DNA of 63,638 nt, filler included, from Choristocarpus tenellus KU-1152 (Eukaryota; Protista; Phaeophyceae): NCBI GenBank assembly GCA_964200185.2. It is 9 parts of 9 records of this genome, joined end to end, with 100 filler letters (N's around TTAATTAATTAA, not from the genome) between each part and the next. Parts side by side here need not be neighbours in the genome. Positions count along the whole stretch, not along the records: positions 17,186 to 25,736 come from CAXNAD020004596.1; positions 25,837 to 34,334 come from CAXNAD020004647.1; positions 34,435 to 39,177 come from CAXNAD020013244.1; 6 more parts are not named here. One strand, 5' to 3'. Both the position numbers and the translations under genes were made by a program. Positions 23,929 through 37,396 of the stretch are shown here, one piece after another. Each line of letters opens with the position of its first letter. The stretch's first letter is position 1. Under the pieces are notes generated by a model. It was not told the DNA's origin, did no database searches, and was given only the letters and a program-made list of their open reading frames with translations.

Positions 23929-25234
23929 CTGAGGGGGAGAGAATGGAAGGGGCACAATGGAAAAGTGGAAGGAGAGAGGGTTTGGTACACTTTGATAAGA
24001 GTTCACACCTCAGGGCATGTGGTGGAAACGAGAACGTGAGCAACAACAAAAAGATGCTGAAGATACTTCCTACTGTACCCAACCAGCCTAGCATTCTTAC
24101 CCTCCTCAAGCAGACCCGAATAGTCAACGAGCATGAGGAAATTTCTCAGGCTTGATTTTTCAGTAATTTATTTATATTCTTTACAAGCGAGGGTGTAACA
24201 AACTCCTTGGATCGAATCCAACTTGAACTGCTGGACACTTTCAAAGCTCAGAACCGAAATTCAAAAGATTTTTTTTTGAAGAACTGAATGAGTCTGCTTA
24301 CCCCTTTACGGATTGTATCCTTCCAGTCCCAACTAGTTGCATCATTGCCGAAGAGATATCAAGTCCCACCACACAGAACACCGCTTCAACAAGTACTACA
24401 TGCTGTTCCCATTACCAACTAGAACATCCATCCACTTCTTAAGCACCCTTCCATCCTAAGCAATGGAATGTGTTAAAAAGTAATTGAGCCCTTCAAAAGG
24501 AAAAGGACTGCTTTACTCTTGCCCTGTCACAGACACAACATAAAACAGGCATGCCAACAGTGTTTGCACTGAAACTTGGCTCATCACATACTCACTATCC
24601 CAACCTGATTATAACTTACTCCCAATGCTTCAAGACCGACCAACCCCCTCATTCTGTCCCCCCTCCCCTACCTCCTACCTGAAACAGCGGGTCCCATTCC
24701 CCCCACCCCCCACCCCCACCAGTTTCCTCTCACTCTATAATTATCATTCTCCAATCCTCTCTGCTCGTTCATACCTACCGAGCACTAACCCTAACCCTAC
24801 CAAGTCATAATGTACGTGTCATCCAGTCAACATAACCCTAACCCCCTAAAAAAAGGGCACGTGCATAGTGTACCTTTTCCCAGACTATACCTCGTATCAT
24901 CCCTCATCATATATATATATAATATAATAAGGGTGAAATGATATCCTGTTCTCTCACTTTTTCTCGAAGACAGTGTGGTGCTAGCTAATGATCAACCATT
25001 ATACCAACCAATGATTGAATAGAAATAGCATGAGACTAATAATCAAAAATCACATTTCCACGAAATGAGAAGTCTGGTGTGGGTTTTCGAAGCCGAGGAG
25101 TTCCACTCACGCCATTTTGGCGATGATCGAATCAACACTATGATAATCTGTCTGTAGGCAAGAACAAGGGATGCAACTCATGAACACAATAGCGGTTTCA
25201 TGTGGAAGTGCAACAGCACGCCACATCTTCCACT

Positions 25235-25686
25235 GAGCCAAAACATTTAAAGAGGGGTAGGGCTGCGTCCGTTTGGGGTCATAAATCCAATGTTGTGATT
25301 TTGATGAATTTTTGTTGCTGTGTTTGTTAGCAAATGTCAATATCCTTGCTCCAAATACACCTTTCATAGTCGCATACATTTTATGTAACCGTCTTCAAAC
25401 AGAATACCGAAAAAGGGCATAAGAAACCCGTGGGAAGTCAAGCCCTGAATGGACACACAGGGCAAAACTCCCACCCTCTTGGCTCAAAGTATCTGTGTGT
25501 GTGTGTGTGTGTGTGGCAGCTGTCCATTCAGGGCCCATTTTTCCATGTCGTAATTTTTGGGTGATTTGGTCACATGTGTCGGATGGATAATGTAAGTACA
25601 CTTCTACTGGTCAGGGCCCGAATGGACACCGTGGTGTAGACCTCCCCCCCCCCCAGATACTATGAGCCTCTTAAATGCTTTGCCTC
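25235..25686. mobile_element. MITE family B copy with a family A copy (25481-25668) nested in its right TIR
   Basis: Inner element ggctcaaagtatct..agatactatgagcc has exact TSD TCTT; removing it restores ccctcttaaatgctttgcctc. Confidence 0.85.
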
Positions 25687-25691
25687 ACTCA

Positions 25692-25736
<45 letters not shown>

Positions 25737-26419
25737 NNNNNNNNNNNNNNNNNNNNNNNNNNNNNNNNNNNNNNNNNNNNTTAATTAATTAANNNNNNNN
25801 NNNNNNNNNNNNNNNNNNNNNNNNNNNNNNNNNNNNCCCCCCAAGATACTTTGACCCGCATGGCGAAGGAGTCCATTTTTAAAAAGGATCCTATCCGCCA
25901 TATCCGGTTTGATCAATGAACACTCCCCAGGGTCGCCGTTCACAGACAGTCAAACATATGTGAGATTAGGTTGTTGACCTATTTTGAAAAAAGCACAGTC
26001 AAACATATGTGAGATTGGGTTGTTGACCTATTTGGAAAAAAGCTTAGAAGGAAGTAGAAACTGGGAAGTTGGGGCATCAACTGCTCATGTGACAAACAAT
26101 GTCTTAAAGTCGGTTACGCTTCACAACCCAGTCGGAAAAAAAAACAAAGTGTCGAGGATCAAGGAGAGGCAGGTGGAGACGTACAAATTACATCTAACCA
26201 GGAAACGTGTACCACAGATCATGCACTGAGTACAAACCTATCTTGAGGAATGATGTACAGATTCTGATTGGTCGACATCACCTTGTGGGCTACCATGTGC
26301 ACATGCTTTGTAGATATCACTCACCATTTCATTAACATTTATGTATAAATGGCTTGTCATCTATGCACCAAGGGAAGATAATTGTGCACTGTTGATCTGT
26401 CCCTACCTCACCCTGATAC

Positions 26420-26732
26420 ACAAATCCTATGTAATGACTTAATAGAAAAGAACAATTGTGTACAAATCCTATGTTACGACTAAATAGACAAGAACTGTGT
26501 ACAAATCCTATGTTATGACTTAGTAGAAAAGAACAATTGAGTACAAATCCTATGTTAAGAAAAGAACATTTGTGTACAAATCCTATGTTATGATTTGACA
26601 GGAAAGAACAACTGTGTACAAATCCTATGCTATCACAAAATAAAAAGAGAACAACTGTGAACAAATCCTACGTTATGACTAAATACAAAAGAACAATCAT
26701 GTACAAATCTTATGTTACGACTTGACAGGAAA
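26420..26732. repeat. Minisatellite, ~33-40-bp unit (tgtacaaatcctatgttatgactt..agaaaagaacaa), ~8 copies
   Basis: Tandem recurrence of acaaatcctatgtta. Confidence 0.9.
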
Positions 26733-27709
26733 GAGCAGTCGAGTGCCAATACCACGTTTACATTTAATGGGCAAAAAAACTTGTGTAAAAAACTTAGGCT
26801 ATAGTACTACCGTAGTCTCTCACAGCAAGTGCTTGGTTCCGCTGTTGTTCCATAACATCAGTAACACAAAAAGATACATTACCCCTAACCCCTTACAAAT
26901 CGGCAACCCAGTTTTAAGAATCGCAATCCCGTAGAAACGCCTTCCTTGTGCCTATGGAGGGGTCTAAACTATTGATAACCAACTGTGTATGATAAGATGC
27001 TGTAATCATCTTGAAGTGCAAGTAACAGCAAAAAAAATAGCACAGCCTAGAACTGCACGGAATTCCCAGGGACTCCAAGGACACTCCTCTACCATTGGGG
27101 TGCTGTTCATAAACATGGATATTGTACACTGACTGAACCAAGTCAACAACATCATACGTGTGTACACATAAATTATATCAATGGAAGGATGTAAATCGGT
27201 GGGAAGGAAATCGCGAGAATACTGTAATCGAGGATGCCCTCCGCAGTACTTATTATCGTACGTTGTAACCACAATGGTATTAAGGTATCTACTTAGTTTC
27301 ATTGAAGTACGCAAGAGTATATATGCAACAGGGAGTGGGTAAACTGCAGCACATCGGTTGCATCACTGCTACCAACGAGGAGGTAAACATTGCTCCCTCG
27401 AGCAGTAAAGGGAAACCAGAGAGAACGGCACCTGCACACAGAATCCCTTATATATTCACCAGTTCCAAGCTCATAGCCCATACAAAGATCATCGATCTAA
27501 ACCTTCGCTTCGACTCATTGAAGCTTCGAGTATCCATGTCTACAATCGAGCGACTGGATAGGATCAAATTTCTTCTTACACTCAGAACAACAGAGGTCAT
27601 CGACTCATCCGTAACACGCAATAGCGTTGAATGGATTTCTTTCCCAACAAGAAACTACTGTACATTGCCATACGAGGCGCCTCTTTTCCAACAGCGAAAA
27701 ATTGCTCGC

Positions 27710-28456
27710 CTTCCGAAATGCCTCAATCGCTGCTCTGGGTTCATCAGCTCTCAGTCCCTTCGCCGTGTAATAGCTGTTTTCCAGATCCACTTGGATATCC
27801 GTCTCATCCTCCTCCTCTTCTGAGTACTCAAAGTGGTAGTCCTCCTCCTCCTCCGAGTCCCCCCTATGAAATTGGTAGACAAGAGATGCCGTAAAAGTAA
27901 GATGCGTGAGGCTTCCGCCTGAGAAGAGCACGTTGTTCAGTCTTCAATATTGCTTAACCATACTCAACTGGGACAAGGCCCATCCAGTGATGAAATTATT
28001 CAACATAGGCGTAAAATCTAAGTCCAACCATGCATGTATGGGTTCCCAACGTGCTGAACATATAGAACTGGGGGGTTGCAAGACCAACAGGCTAAGACAG
28101 AGAAGGATCATCCATAGAAATAGAAGTTTCGACTACAACCATGGAACTATTCATGATATAAAGAGCATGGTTTTTCGCAAAGTTATCCCCATCTCACATA
28201 GTGTCGCATAGAGCGGAGACTCCCTCTCCTTCAACCTTCTCAGTAAGTCCACGATCGATATTTCAACTCAAAATCAAAATAGTTTATTAGGCCTCCCAAT
28301 ACAATATAACTCCTATTGCCCGAAGACAAGAGCCTTGATAGCTCTCTCTCACTTAGAAATATGTCCTCACTTCAAAGAGTAAGGGCAGGCTTGCTGGCCC
28401 TGAGAACGTCGACGGGGTTGGGAAGATCAGGGGGAGTACCTCGACTGGGTGACCAT
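27710..28456 (-). CDS. CSN2: COP9 signalosome subunit 2-like, 5' exons only (28456-28440, 27863-27710)
   Basis: MVTQSR|GDSEEEEDYHFEYSEEEEDETDIQVDLENSYYTAKGLRADEPRAAIEAFRK matches the CSN2 N-terminus (EDY..EYS..VDLENQYYNSK); exon 1 is inferred from phase; later exons not found. Confidence 0.8.
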
Positions 28457-28791
28457 GCTCGACTCATGGGGTAAGTAACTCGTGGTTGTGTCCTATGGAG
28501 ACAAGGATGTCGAGTGTTGAGAAATTACGCAAAGCTCTCTGTTGCTGCAAGTTGTGAAAGAAAAACAGCTATGCCAGATCTATCACGGTTATTAATAATT
28601 CCTTCAAGGGAGAAGTACGAGTCGTCAGCCGTCGAGAGCACACTGATGCAGTTCCTATGGAAGGAGTTATGGAGTCCAACCTCTCCAAAATCGACCTTAT
28701 TTCCCATGGGTTAAGAAGATGAAACACTCCACTAAAGACTGATCACATATTTGTGCTTAACTCGATCTCCTGGGTTGTTCTCAACTGTAAT

Positions 28792-29959
28792 ATGGTGGGA
28801 TACAGGACAGTGAAAGTGATCCTGCTGGAAGATGTGAAGGGGAGGGGCTATCGGGGAGAGGAGGTATCAGTGAAGAGCGGTTTCATGCGGAATTTCCTCT
28901 ACCCCACACGCCAGGCGGTCTACGCCACGAGTGATAACATAGCGAAGTTCAAAGCTGAGGAGAATGTGCGTCCATCTCATAATAAAACCCACGTCTTACT
29001 TTCAAATGCTCAGACATGCTGCATCCTTGTTTTTTTTCTTCAAAGTTTCTGTCGTCTCACAGTTCCTTCACGGTATGAACTCGTGTTCACGACAACGTGT
29101 GGAACTTACTCAGCTGATGTCACACATTCACCCACACGTACACGTTTGTACCATGGCAGATGGAGGATATGGCCAAGATCCAGGCTCTTAAGGCGTTGGC
29201 ACGAAATCGTCGAATATTGTCCAGCATCCCTATCACCTTCAAGCGACACGTGGAGCAGGGACTACCCCCAAAGGGTAACGTAACGTGAGTCCCCCTATAT
29301 GTACCCCTCCGCTCCCCGTAACAAGCTGTGGAGAACTGCCCTCCTGTACATTGAAATAGCCAGGTGTACCTGTCGACAATCAAGTTGAACAGTTAGAAAG
29401 GTGTGAGTGGGCCAGGATGAGCTATTTCAACATATTTTTGTGAGTTCGCCGTGTAAACTCTGCTCCTATGCCACATGTTGGTTTAGATTGTCGTAAGTTA
29501 TTAACATGACAGTAATTATCCTCAATAAGTTGGTCTTAAGCACCTCCCTTGCAGTCTAGATGGGCTGTGTCTGTCCAATGCCTTCATCGGTCACCACTAA
29601 CCCTCAAGATTTCGATTGGAATAGCATATCTACGTCAGTCCTAGCCTAAAGATATTGCAGTAGTAACAGCTAAGGCAAAGCAATGTGTAATGTATGCCCC
29701 CACACCCACCAACGATTTTACTATCACTTCCAGTGCGCAGAATGTTAGTGACTATTTGCAGAAGAAAGGAATGAGCATACCTGCGGATAACATCACCCTC
29801 CCAAATGGGGAACCAATTAAAACACTCGGGGAGCACCATGCCAAGGTGTTGTTGGAATTGCCAGAAGATGCTGCAGCAGTCCTGGAGGGCACAGACTTGG
29901 GAACAGCCCTGTCCAAGGATGCTGAAGTAGACATCAAGGTAAATGTGATCCAGAGGTGA
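28792..29959 (+). CDS. rplI: Organellar (probably mitochondrial) ribosomal protein bL9, 174 aa; exons 28792-28965, 29160-29284, 29734-29959
   Basis: VKVILLEDVKGRGYRGEEVSVKSGFMRNFLYP (L9 N-domain), KGNVT and PIKTLGEH (C-domain); GT-AG introns give one 525-nt frame ending in a stop. Confidence 0.93.
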
Positions 29960-32328
29960 CAGTTGTGGCTGTGATTATCTGGTGTTCTAGAAGCACTTCC
30001 TCAACCTTTCCATCTTTTTCGAGTGGTCATCCACTCTGATTCAAGCCAATACCCCTGGCTACTCTTGAGTATTGGGGGGGGAACATTCAAAGACACCACT
30101 TCTGGGTTGTGCCGTCGGAGTGGCTTGCTGTTGGATGTGACATAACAATTTTAGCTTGACTACCTGGGAAGATTAGACTTCGTGTACATCACTGATGTCT
30201 TCAAGTCACACGGTCTGCCACAGTCATCAGTCGTAGATTCTTACTGAAGTGCAAGTGATGTGGAGTGTTCTGATCACGGCCAAGTGTGGATTGTTTATTT
30301 GCATTAATACTACAGAGTAAACTCATGGCGACCAGAAATGATGATGCAAGTTTCCAAAGGCACTTCAATTGGGTGCTACACCACAAGTGCAAGAGTCTTC
30401 TCCAAGAAGGGAATTGCGACTTAATATGTATATGCGCTTTAGGTGGAGGTGACCTCTTGCAAAATCCTCATGACCAACAACGCGTTTGCCTTTTGAGGGT
30501 GATGCCAGGTGGAGGTTATTTTTTGTGCTCCGATTGACCCATAGGTGTATAGGATATGAAGGGTGTTTTTGCAACTGCTGAAGTATTTCTCCAGCTACTA
30601 CTGTTGACTAACACTAGTAGACGACACGTTATTATTACCGCCTAATCCCTTTGCTACACATGTCCTTTGCTCTTTGTGAGAGGTCTCATCGAGATGTGGC
30701 ACTCCCACCATAATAACACCTAAGAGTCTCGTGGGTCTATCAACCCCTGTTTTGTCCACAAGTTCGGTGTCTCTAGCTTGAAATGCAACACATGCCTTGA
30801 GATCGCCCCTTGTGTTCTAACAGACACACATGTTGCAGGCGTGCTTTCTCCTTCTCAGCTCCATTCCTCGTGAACCCCCCAGCCCCACTATCATTATCTG
30901 CGAAACATCAGTGGGCAAAATAATGCACCAACACATAAGGATCCTTTATATGCATTCAAGATACTCTACCTGCAGTAACATTAGTAGTGTGCCTCTCGAT
31001 TTTACCACAGGATGTTCTGAGAATAAGAACAGACTGCATTAGTACTAGTAATGTATAACCATAACTGATCAAAAGTACACACTATCTGCTGCAGCTTGGT
31101 TTTACTCCTCCAAAATGTGGAAAAGATGCAAACAGTGCCCAAGATAAGGTTAGCGATTGAGCTGAGGGTATCCCCTAAGTAATTTTAGGCGGGAAAGACG
31201 AAATCACTCTATTGCTGATGACTCCCTGTAAGAAGGGAGTCATGAACAGTCGTGAGCACCACACAGCAAGACCTGCCTGCTATTTACTCTTTATCATTTA
31301 TCTCCAAAGACAGACCTGAATCCGCCACATCTGACACCCCTGATAAGTCCACCCAATGATCAACTAACACCCGACCAACCCGGGAATATCTCTTGGCAGC
31401 AAAGCACCATTACATAAAGGGAATGGTGGGACTTTGAGGTAGAGCACCTGTATGAACAATGAAAACATGTCTATTGTTTCTTGCGGGATTCAGGATTTCT
31501 AGGCTATGCTAGTGATAGCTGTATGATAGATCTCTGGAGCAGGATTATCTGTTAATAGTATATGAATTTATTGTAGTGTTTCTTACTGTCACTGGATTAT
31601 TTCTCAACTATTTTGTTAAATCAATACTCATCAATTTAGTCTAGGATTGATGTAATCCCGTGGTCAGAGGCATCTCACATTGTGCTGCTACTAATATCTA
31701 CTGATTATACTAACTTGTTCTACTACAACTAATTTTCTCTTCCTCCGCTCATGCCTTGCTTCTCACTGATTGGGTTCAGACATCTCATGACTTGTCACTC
31801 CGTCTCCTCCTTGAATCACGTTCTGGAAAATCCTTGGAGTCACTTAGAAATGCAGCTGCCTTGTCACACCAATTTGGGATTACAACTTTTTTGCCACAAC
31901 GTAGAACAGCGACAGATAGGACAGTACAGGTAGGTGTACGATCCCTAGTTCTTGTCAAAGGTGAATCGGATTATGGAAACGATGCTTTCCTCACAATACA
32001 AGTGTAAGATCTGTGTATGATGGAAACCAAATTTGTAAGAAGGTAGTCTGGCGTCGAAGAGATTTGAACCTGCGAAACCTTCACCAGGAAACACAAGTTA
32101 TCATTCAGTTTGGAGTTTCTAGAGAAAACTGGCGGTTTCAACATTTGCGTTACAAACCGTCCATAAATCAACCACGCATTGATTTCTAGATATCAACGAT
32201 GTTGGTGGCATGAGCTGCTTCTCTAGTTTAGGCGAGGTTAATCGAGGGTAACAGAGCCCAAACTATACCTTTTTGTAAGACGTTCTTGCCTTGTTGGGTC
32301 GGTTTATCACCCAATACGGCGCGAAATT

Positions 32329-33720
32329 ATGGAATCTCCCATTACGAAGATGGAACGCGAGAACTTCGATCTTAAGTTGGGTTTGCATATCTACGAGGAA
32401 AAAGTCAGAATCCTTGGATGTACGGGGAAGGAAGAGCTCTATGACGTGATTGGCGAGCGGGACGTTACCATCAAGGAGTTGGTAAGTTATATTGTGGGCG
32501 ACCTGACTTTATTAGGTTTGAGATCAGAAAGGGGGATGGCTTCTGTTAACATCAAAGAAGGTAGTCAACGCTTGCTAACCCAAAGTACCCGCTACGACAC
32601 AGGAGGAGGAGGTGAAGAATGCTAATGCGGACCTCGATGAAGCCTATCAAAGGATGATTTCTTATAGTAAGAGGGTAAGTGTTTGCTTGTATTTGGAATG
32701 CTCCTCGTTCATAACCTAATTTGTAGGACTGGGAGCAACCCTTCCTGAGTACAATAATGGGATACCTACAGTAAGCGGGTATGAGGTTGCTTGTGTTTGA
32801 GATAATCGTCTCTCGTAAGCTGATTTTATGGGCTGAGAACAACCCTCCCACTACGCTGTACCTGCAAAATAATGAGCGTCATTGTATCACGGATATGACA
32901 CTTTCCCTCAGGCTACAGATCCCTAGCCTATCAATCTCTCTCTGACCCTGCTATTCAACCTCAGGAGTTAGCCCAGGAGGTGAGAGAAGAGCTTGTGAAA
33001 CGTAATGCAGTCCTTCACTGTGAGACAAAAAAAAAATCCAACGAACAATAGCAATTAATACTACAGCACTAACTTGGATCAAGTTCCAGTTCCTAGAGCT
33101 GAAGAGAGTCTGTCTCCTGGGGCACTTTTTACACTAACCTTTCTGATGCAATACCACATCTACCTCAGGAACAGATTATAGATAGATGTAGGGGTGATCA
33201 TAGTGTTTACACAACGAAACAAAATAGTTGTTCAAATATGCTTCAACTGTCAACGAGCCTTTGCTCCCCCTGGTCCCTGAAAATGCTTCCTAGGTCGCTG
33301 AAAATCTGTCTTGCACAAACCAATATAAAGATATTCCGTAGGGGTAGCACCTAATCAGTGTCTTGTCATGCCAAATTGCTACACAGTAAATACTCAGGGA
33401 AAGGTCAAATGCTTTGGTCGCTGCACGGGTTCAAGTCTCATGCACCAACCCTCTGCACTTGACATTGACACCATTATTTTACTCTGCACTCCAAAATTAA
33501 CTTGGAGTACAAGTAGTACCTCAGAGAGTATTTATTTGATAATTCTCCATTGTTTGCCCTTTGTTCCAATTTTTCTTAAGGTTTGCTATCATTCTTGTCG
33601 AAATGAGCTGTCAAGCCTATCACAATTCCCTCCTCACGATGTTGCTAACCCTCACTCCTTTTCTTCAATCAGATGACAAAGAACGAGGAGGTCATCAAGT
33701 CAGAGCTCAAGTCCGTCAAG
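32329..33720 (+). CDS. Coiled-coil protein with an N-terminal centrosomin motif 1 (gamma-TuNA-like); partial, exons ~32329-32481, 32603-32674, 32965-33019, 33673-33720
   Basis: MERENFDLKLGLHIYEEK resembles CM1 ENFNLKLRIYFLEE; gtaagt donors; downstream coiled-coil exons (later junctions uncertain). Confidence 0.6.
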
Positions 33721-34434
33721 GTACTTTATGCCACCTCCTGTTTATTTTTGTTCGCGCAAAAGAGATTGATTGAGATTCAATGAAGATTGGTAATGGTACG
33801 GTGGTAAGCATGCAAGGGGGGCTTAAACCGCGTGCTTGAACTTTCGGGAGGATCCATATTAGCAGAGACTTCCCGCATCACTACCGTTTTTTCATGTTGC
33901 AATATGAGTCAAAGTAAACGAGAAGTCCCCAGGTTTTGGCCAATTTGCCTTTTAAGTCTGTTTTCCAATCTTTTTGCAATTAACTCATATTTCTATGGAC
34001 AAAGTTCTAGGTTTGACTTGAGAGTGTCTATTTCTCTATCGTTTGAACCTATTCCGACATAATTCAGGAAATATCCTGCACATATTTGTTTAAGAAGTAA
34101 AATTTGCACGTATTTGTCAACGTTCTTAAAATGTAACCCCGTTTCCTTTGACTCGATAACAGTAGGTTCCAGTGGTAAGGCTTAACTGATCTCTACTTGC
34201 ATGTCTGGTGAGGTGCACTCAGCCAAGTGGGTGGGACAGAATAGATACATATATGTACGTTTTCTTTCATAACTCAACACCCCTCACCCACCCTACCCTG
34301 ACCCACCTTCAGTTAGACTCAAAGTTGACCCAGTNNNNNNNNNNNNNNNNNNNNNNNNNNNNNNNNNNNNNNNNNNNNTTAATTAATTAANNNNNNNNNN
34401 NNNNNNNNNNNNNNNNNNNNNNNNNNNNNNNNNN

Positions 34435-34814
34435 TGCAAAAGAGAGCTACTCCAATAGAATCTTTGCTTCGTGTGGTATGGATGTATTTATTAGCGGAGT
34501 GAGCACCACTATCTCTTGAGGTGGGGGGTGCTCTCTCTTATTAAGGTATTGCACACGTCAGCAGACACATCAAAACGTGTCCTGCCGTTGGTCGTACTAT
34601 GTCACTTATCCTGTGTAACTAGTACTACGTCAGTAATCCTCCATCAATCCATTTATATCAAGTAATACGAAATCAATCATCCGTGATTCGAACCTATTAC
34701 TCTAAGTACACGGAACTTAGTCGTTGACACTTATTCTACTTAGTCAACATTTCTGTTGTCTGGTGGTGGTCACTAAACAAATATAAACCATATAGATTAC
34801 CAGCCTATATTGCA
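34435..34814 (-). mobile_element. Copia LTR in inverted orientation relative to the adjacent element
   Basis: Diverged reverse-complement copy of the LTR at 37029-37396. Confidence 0.85.
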
Positions 34815-37396
34815 CACATGCCCCACGAGTACCTAGGAGGCGAGACACCATGTGAGCGCCTGACCAACAAACCCTTTAACTACGAGCGACTCCGTGTGTT
34901 CGGGACGGAGTGCTTTGTGCACCAGACCAAGCAACAGTGCGGCACCAATGCCAAGTTCCACCCGTGTACGCGAAGCGGGGGATCCTCGTCGGGTATGACA
35001 GGGCGTCACTATGCTGGCACGTGTGGATCCCGCAGGAAGGCAAGCTAGTGACCTCAGCACAGGTGACGTTCCAACCTAAAGCTTAAATGCTGGAGCTGGT
35101 GAGGAAGCCAGAGCTGGACATACTGGGGGAGTCAGGGCTCGATGATGACATGACCATGGATATGCAAGACGAAGAAGAGGCTTCCACAACAAGGAGCGAG
35201 ACTGGGAGTGAGAGCCAAAACATTGGGCATGGGGCTCAAGATGAAAAGCACTCAGTACCCCACCAAAGCCAAGAAATTTCTCCCAGGATGGGACAACGCC
35301 AGCGCATGGATAGGGCAGCGCAGATAGAGGCCAAGCGCTTGGCCCCACACTCTGGATGGCGGAGATCTGCCAGGCTGGAGCAGCACCGGCGAGTGGCCTA
35401 CACATCTCAGCTGTGCGACAAGGAAGAGGATGAAGAAACGGAAATGAACCACTTCGTATCAACCCTTATACAGCAGGACAACGATGATGCGTATTGCGTT
35501 ATAGGTCTCATGGGGGAAGTGGAAACAGGTACAGAAGAGCCATCTACAACGAAGGAGGCCTTGAGTGGGCCGGATGTAGAGCAGTGGCAAGAGGCCATAG
35601 AGAAGGAAATGACAGGGTTATGGCAGAAGGGGACATTTGGTGACAAGGTCCTGCCCCAAGGGAGGAAAGCGATCAAGTCAAGATTTGTTTTCAAAATCAA
35701 GCGCTCCGCAGACGAGACTGTGGAACGATATAAGGCGCGACTCGTGGCCCGCGGGTTCACCCAAAACGCAGGTGTGGACTTCTTTGAAACCTTCAGCCCG
35801 GTGGTGGGGTACGACACACTACGATGCGTCATATCAGTCGCAGCGTACAAAGGTTGGAGCATCGACGCCCTGGACTTCACACAGGCCTACCTCAATGCAG
35901 ACCTGCAGGAGGACGTCTGGTTGGAGCTTCCGGATGGCCGCACCGTCAAGGCAGAGAAGGCAATCTATGGGCTGAAGCATTCAGCCATGGAATGGTATCA
36001 TGAGCACCATCCTAACAGAATTATGGACGAACAGCCAACACAACGAGTGCCTCTACTTCAGAAAGAGTGAGGATGGACGCATTGCCATCCTTACTACCTA
36101 TGCGGACGACCCTGCCACAACTGGGGACTTCACGGAGGAGATACAGAGGATGAGGGCATCACTGCTGGAGAAGTACGAGGGGCGGGACCTAGGTACGCCG
36201 GACAAGCTGATTGGGGTGGGCATCACTGTGGGTGAGGATGGCATCACCCTGGACCAACAGCTATACGTGAAAAGCATTGTCATGGCCGGGATGGGCTCCA
36301 TGGAAGTGCGAGAAACACCCACACCACTGGACCCTAGGATGGACCTCTCTGCCAGGCAAGACAACGAGGAGGAACTGAATCCTACTATCTACCCCTATGC
36401 CAGCATCTTTGGCCAACTCATGTTTCTAGCAGGCATGACTCGACCAGACCTGACCAACAGCGTTCGTGAACTGGGGCGCAGGGCGGCGTCCCCATGCATG
36501 CAACACTGGCGCAGACTGCAACACGTTCTGCACTACGTAGCATGGACGCTGGACGTCTGCATTTACTATGGTCGAGGGAATAAAGATATAAACGAGGGGG
36601 GCGAAGAACTCCTGGTGGGGTATGGGGATTCTGACTGGGGCACCGACTCCCAAACTCGCAGGAGCGTCACAAGGTACATACTATGGTTCAACGGATCATC
36701 GATGGCCTGGTGCTCCAAGCTTCAACTCACTGTCACCCTCTCCAGCTCGGAGGCAGAGTGGACGGCAATGGCATATGGTATGCGTCACTGCATTTTCATT
36801 CGAGGCATTCTGGGGGAGATCGGCGTACTACAGGACCGGACTCCCTGATTCTGTGACAACCGCAGTACTATCCAGGCGGGCAGTAACACAGGCTTCAACA
36901 GTAGAACCAAGATGGTGGACATGAAGTTTCTTTATGCAAGAGTCTTACTTCTGATTTCGTGCATTCCATGCTTTCGCGTCGGGAGTGAGCTTTTGTCAGC
37001 AACTTTGCTGCACGCTAATGGGGGAGTGTGCAATATAGGCTAGGTAGTCTATAGAGTCTTATGTGTTTAGTAACCAACACTATACAATAGAAATGTTGAC
37101 TGAAGTGAGTAAGTGTCAATGACCTGTTTCCTGTGTGCTTAGAGAAATAGACTCGAGTCTCGACGAGTTGATTTCTTATTTCTGTTTAATATAAGTAACA
37201 GACGTATGATGACTGACGTATTAGAACGTATGACGTAGTGCAACTGACATAGGCACATTCTGACGTGTCTGCTGATGTGCGCAATAGATAATAAGAGAGA
37301 GCACCCCCCCCACCTCGAGGGATAGTGCTCACTACGCTAATAAATACATACATACCACACAAAGCAGAGGCTCTATTAGAACAGCTCTCTTTTGCA
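34815..37396 (+). mobile_element. Ty1/Copia retrotransposon, 3' half (integrase tail, RT, RNase H, PPT, 3' LTR), frameshifted
   Basis: LRVFGTECFV; YKARLVARGFTQ..DFFETFSPV; KAIYGLKHS; YADD; GDSDWGTDSQTRRSVT; PPT ggggagtg then LTR 37029-37396 (TG..CA). Confidence 0.95.

Noticed and set aside
26420-26732. CRISPR-like array (also considered for 51885-52030)
   Set aside because: No unique spacers, eukaryotic context, no cas genes; simple minisatellites.
27040-27130. SPWEFRAVL as the next CSN2 exon (GEWGFKAL)
   Set aside because: Weak similarity and no convincing splice sites.
31212-31260. Hammerhead-ribozyme-like CTGATGA + CTCCC/GGGAG stem
   Set aside because: No GAAA immediately after stem II and no stem I/III geometry; a plain hairpin.
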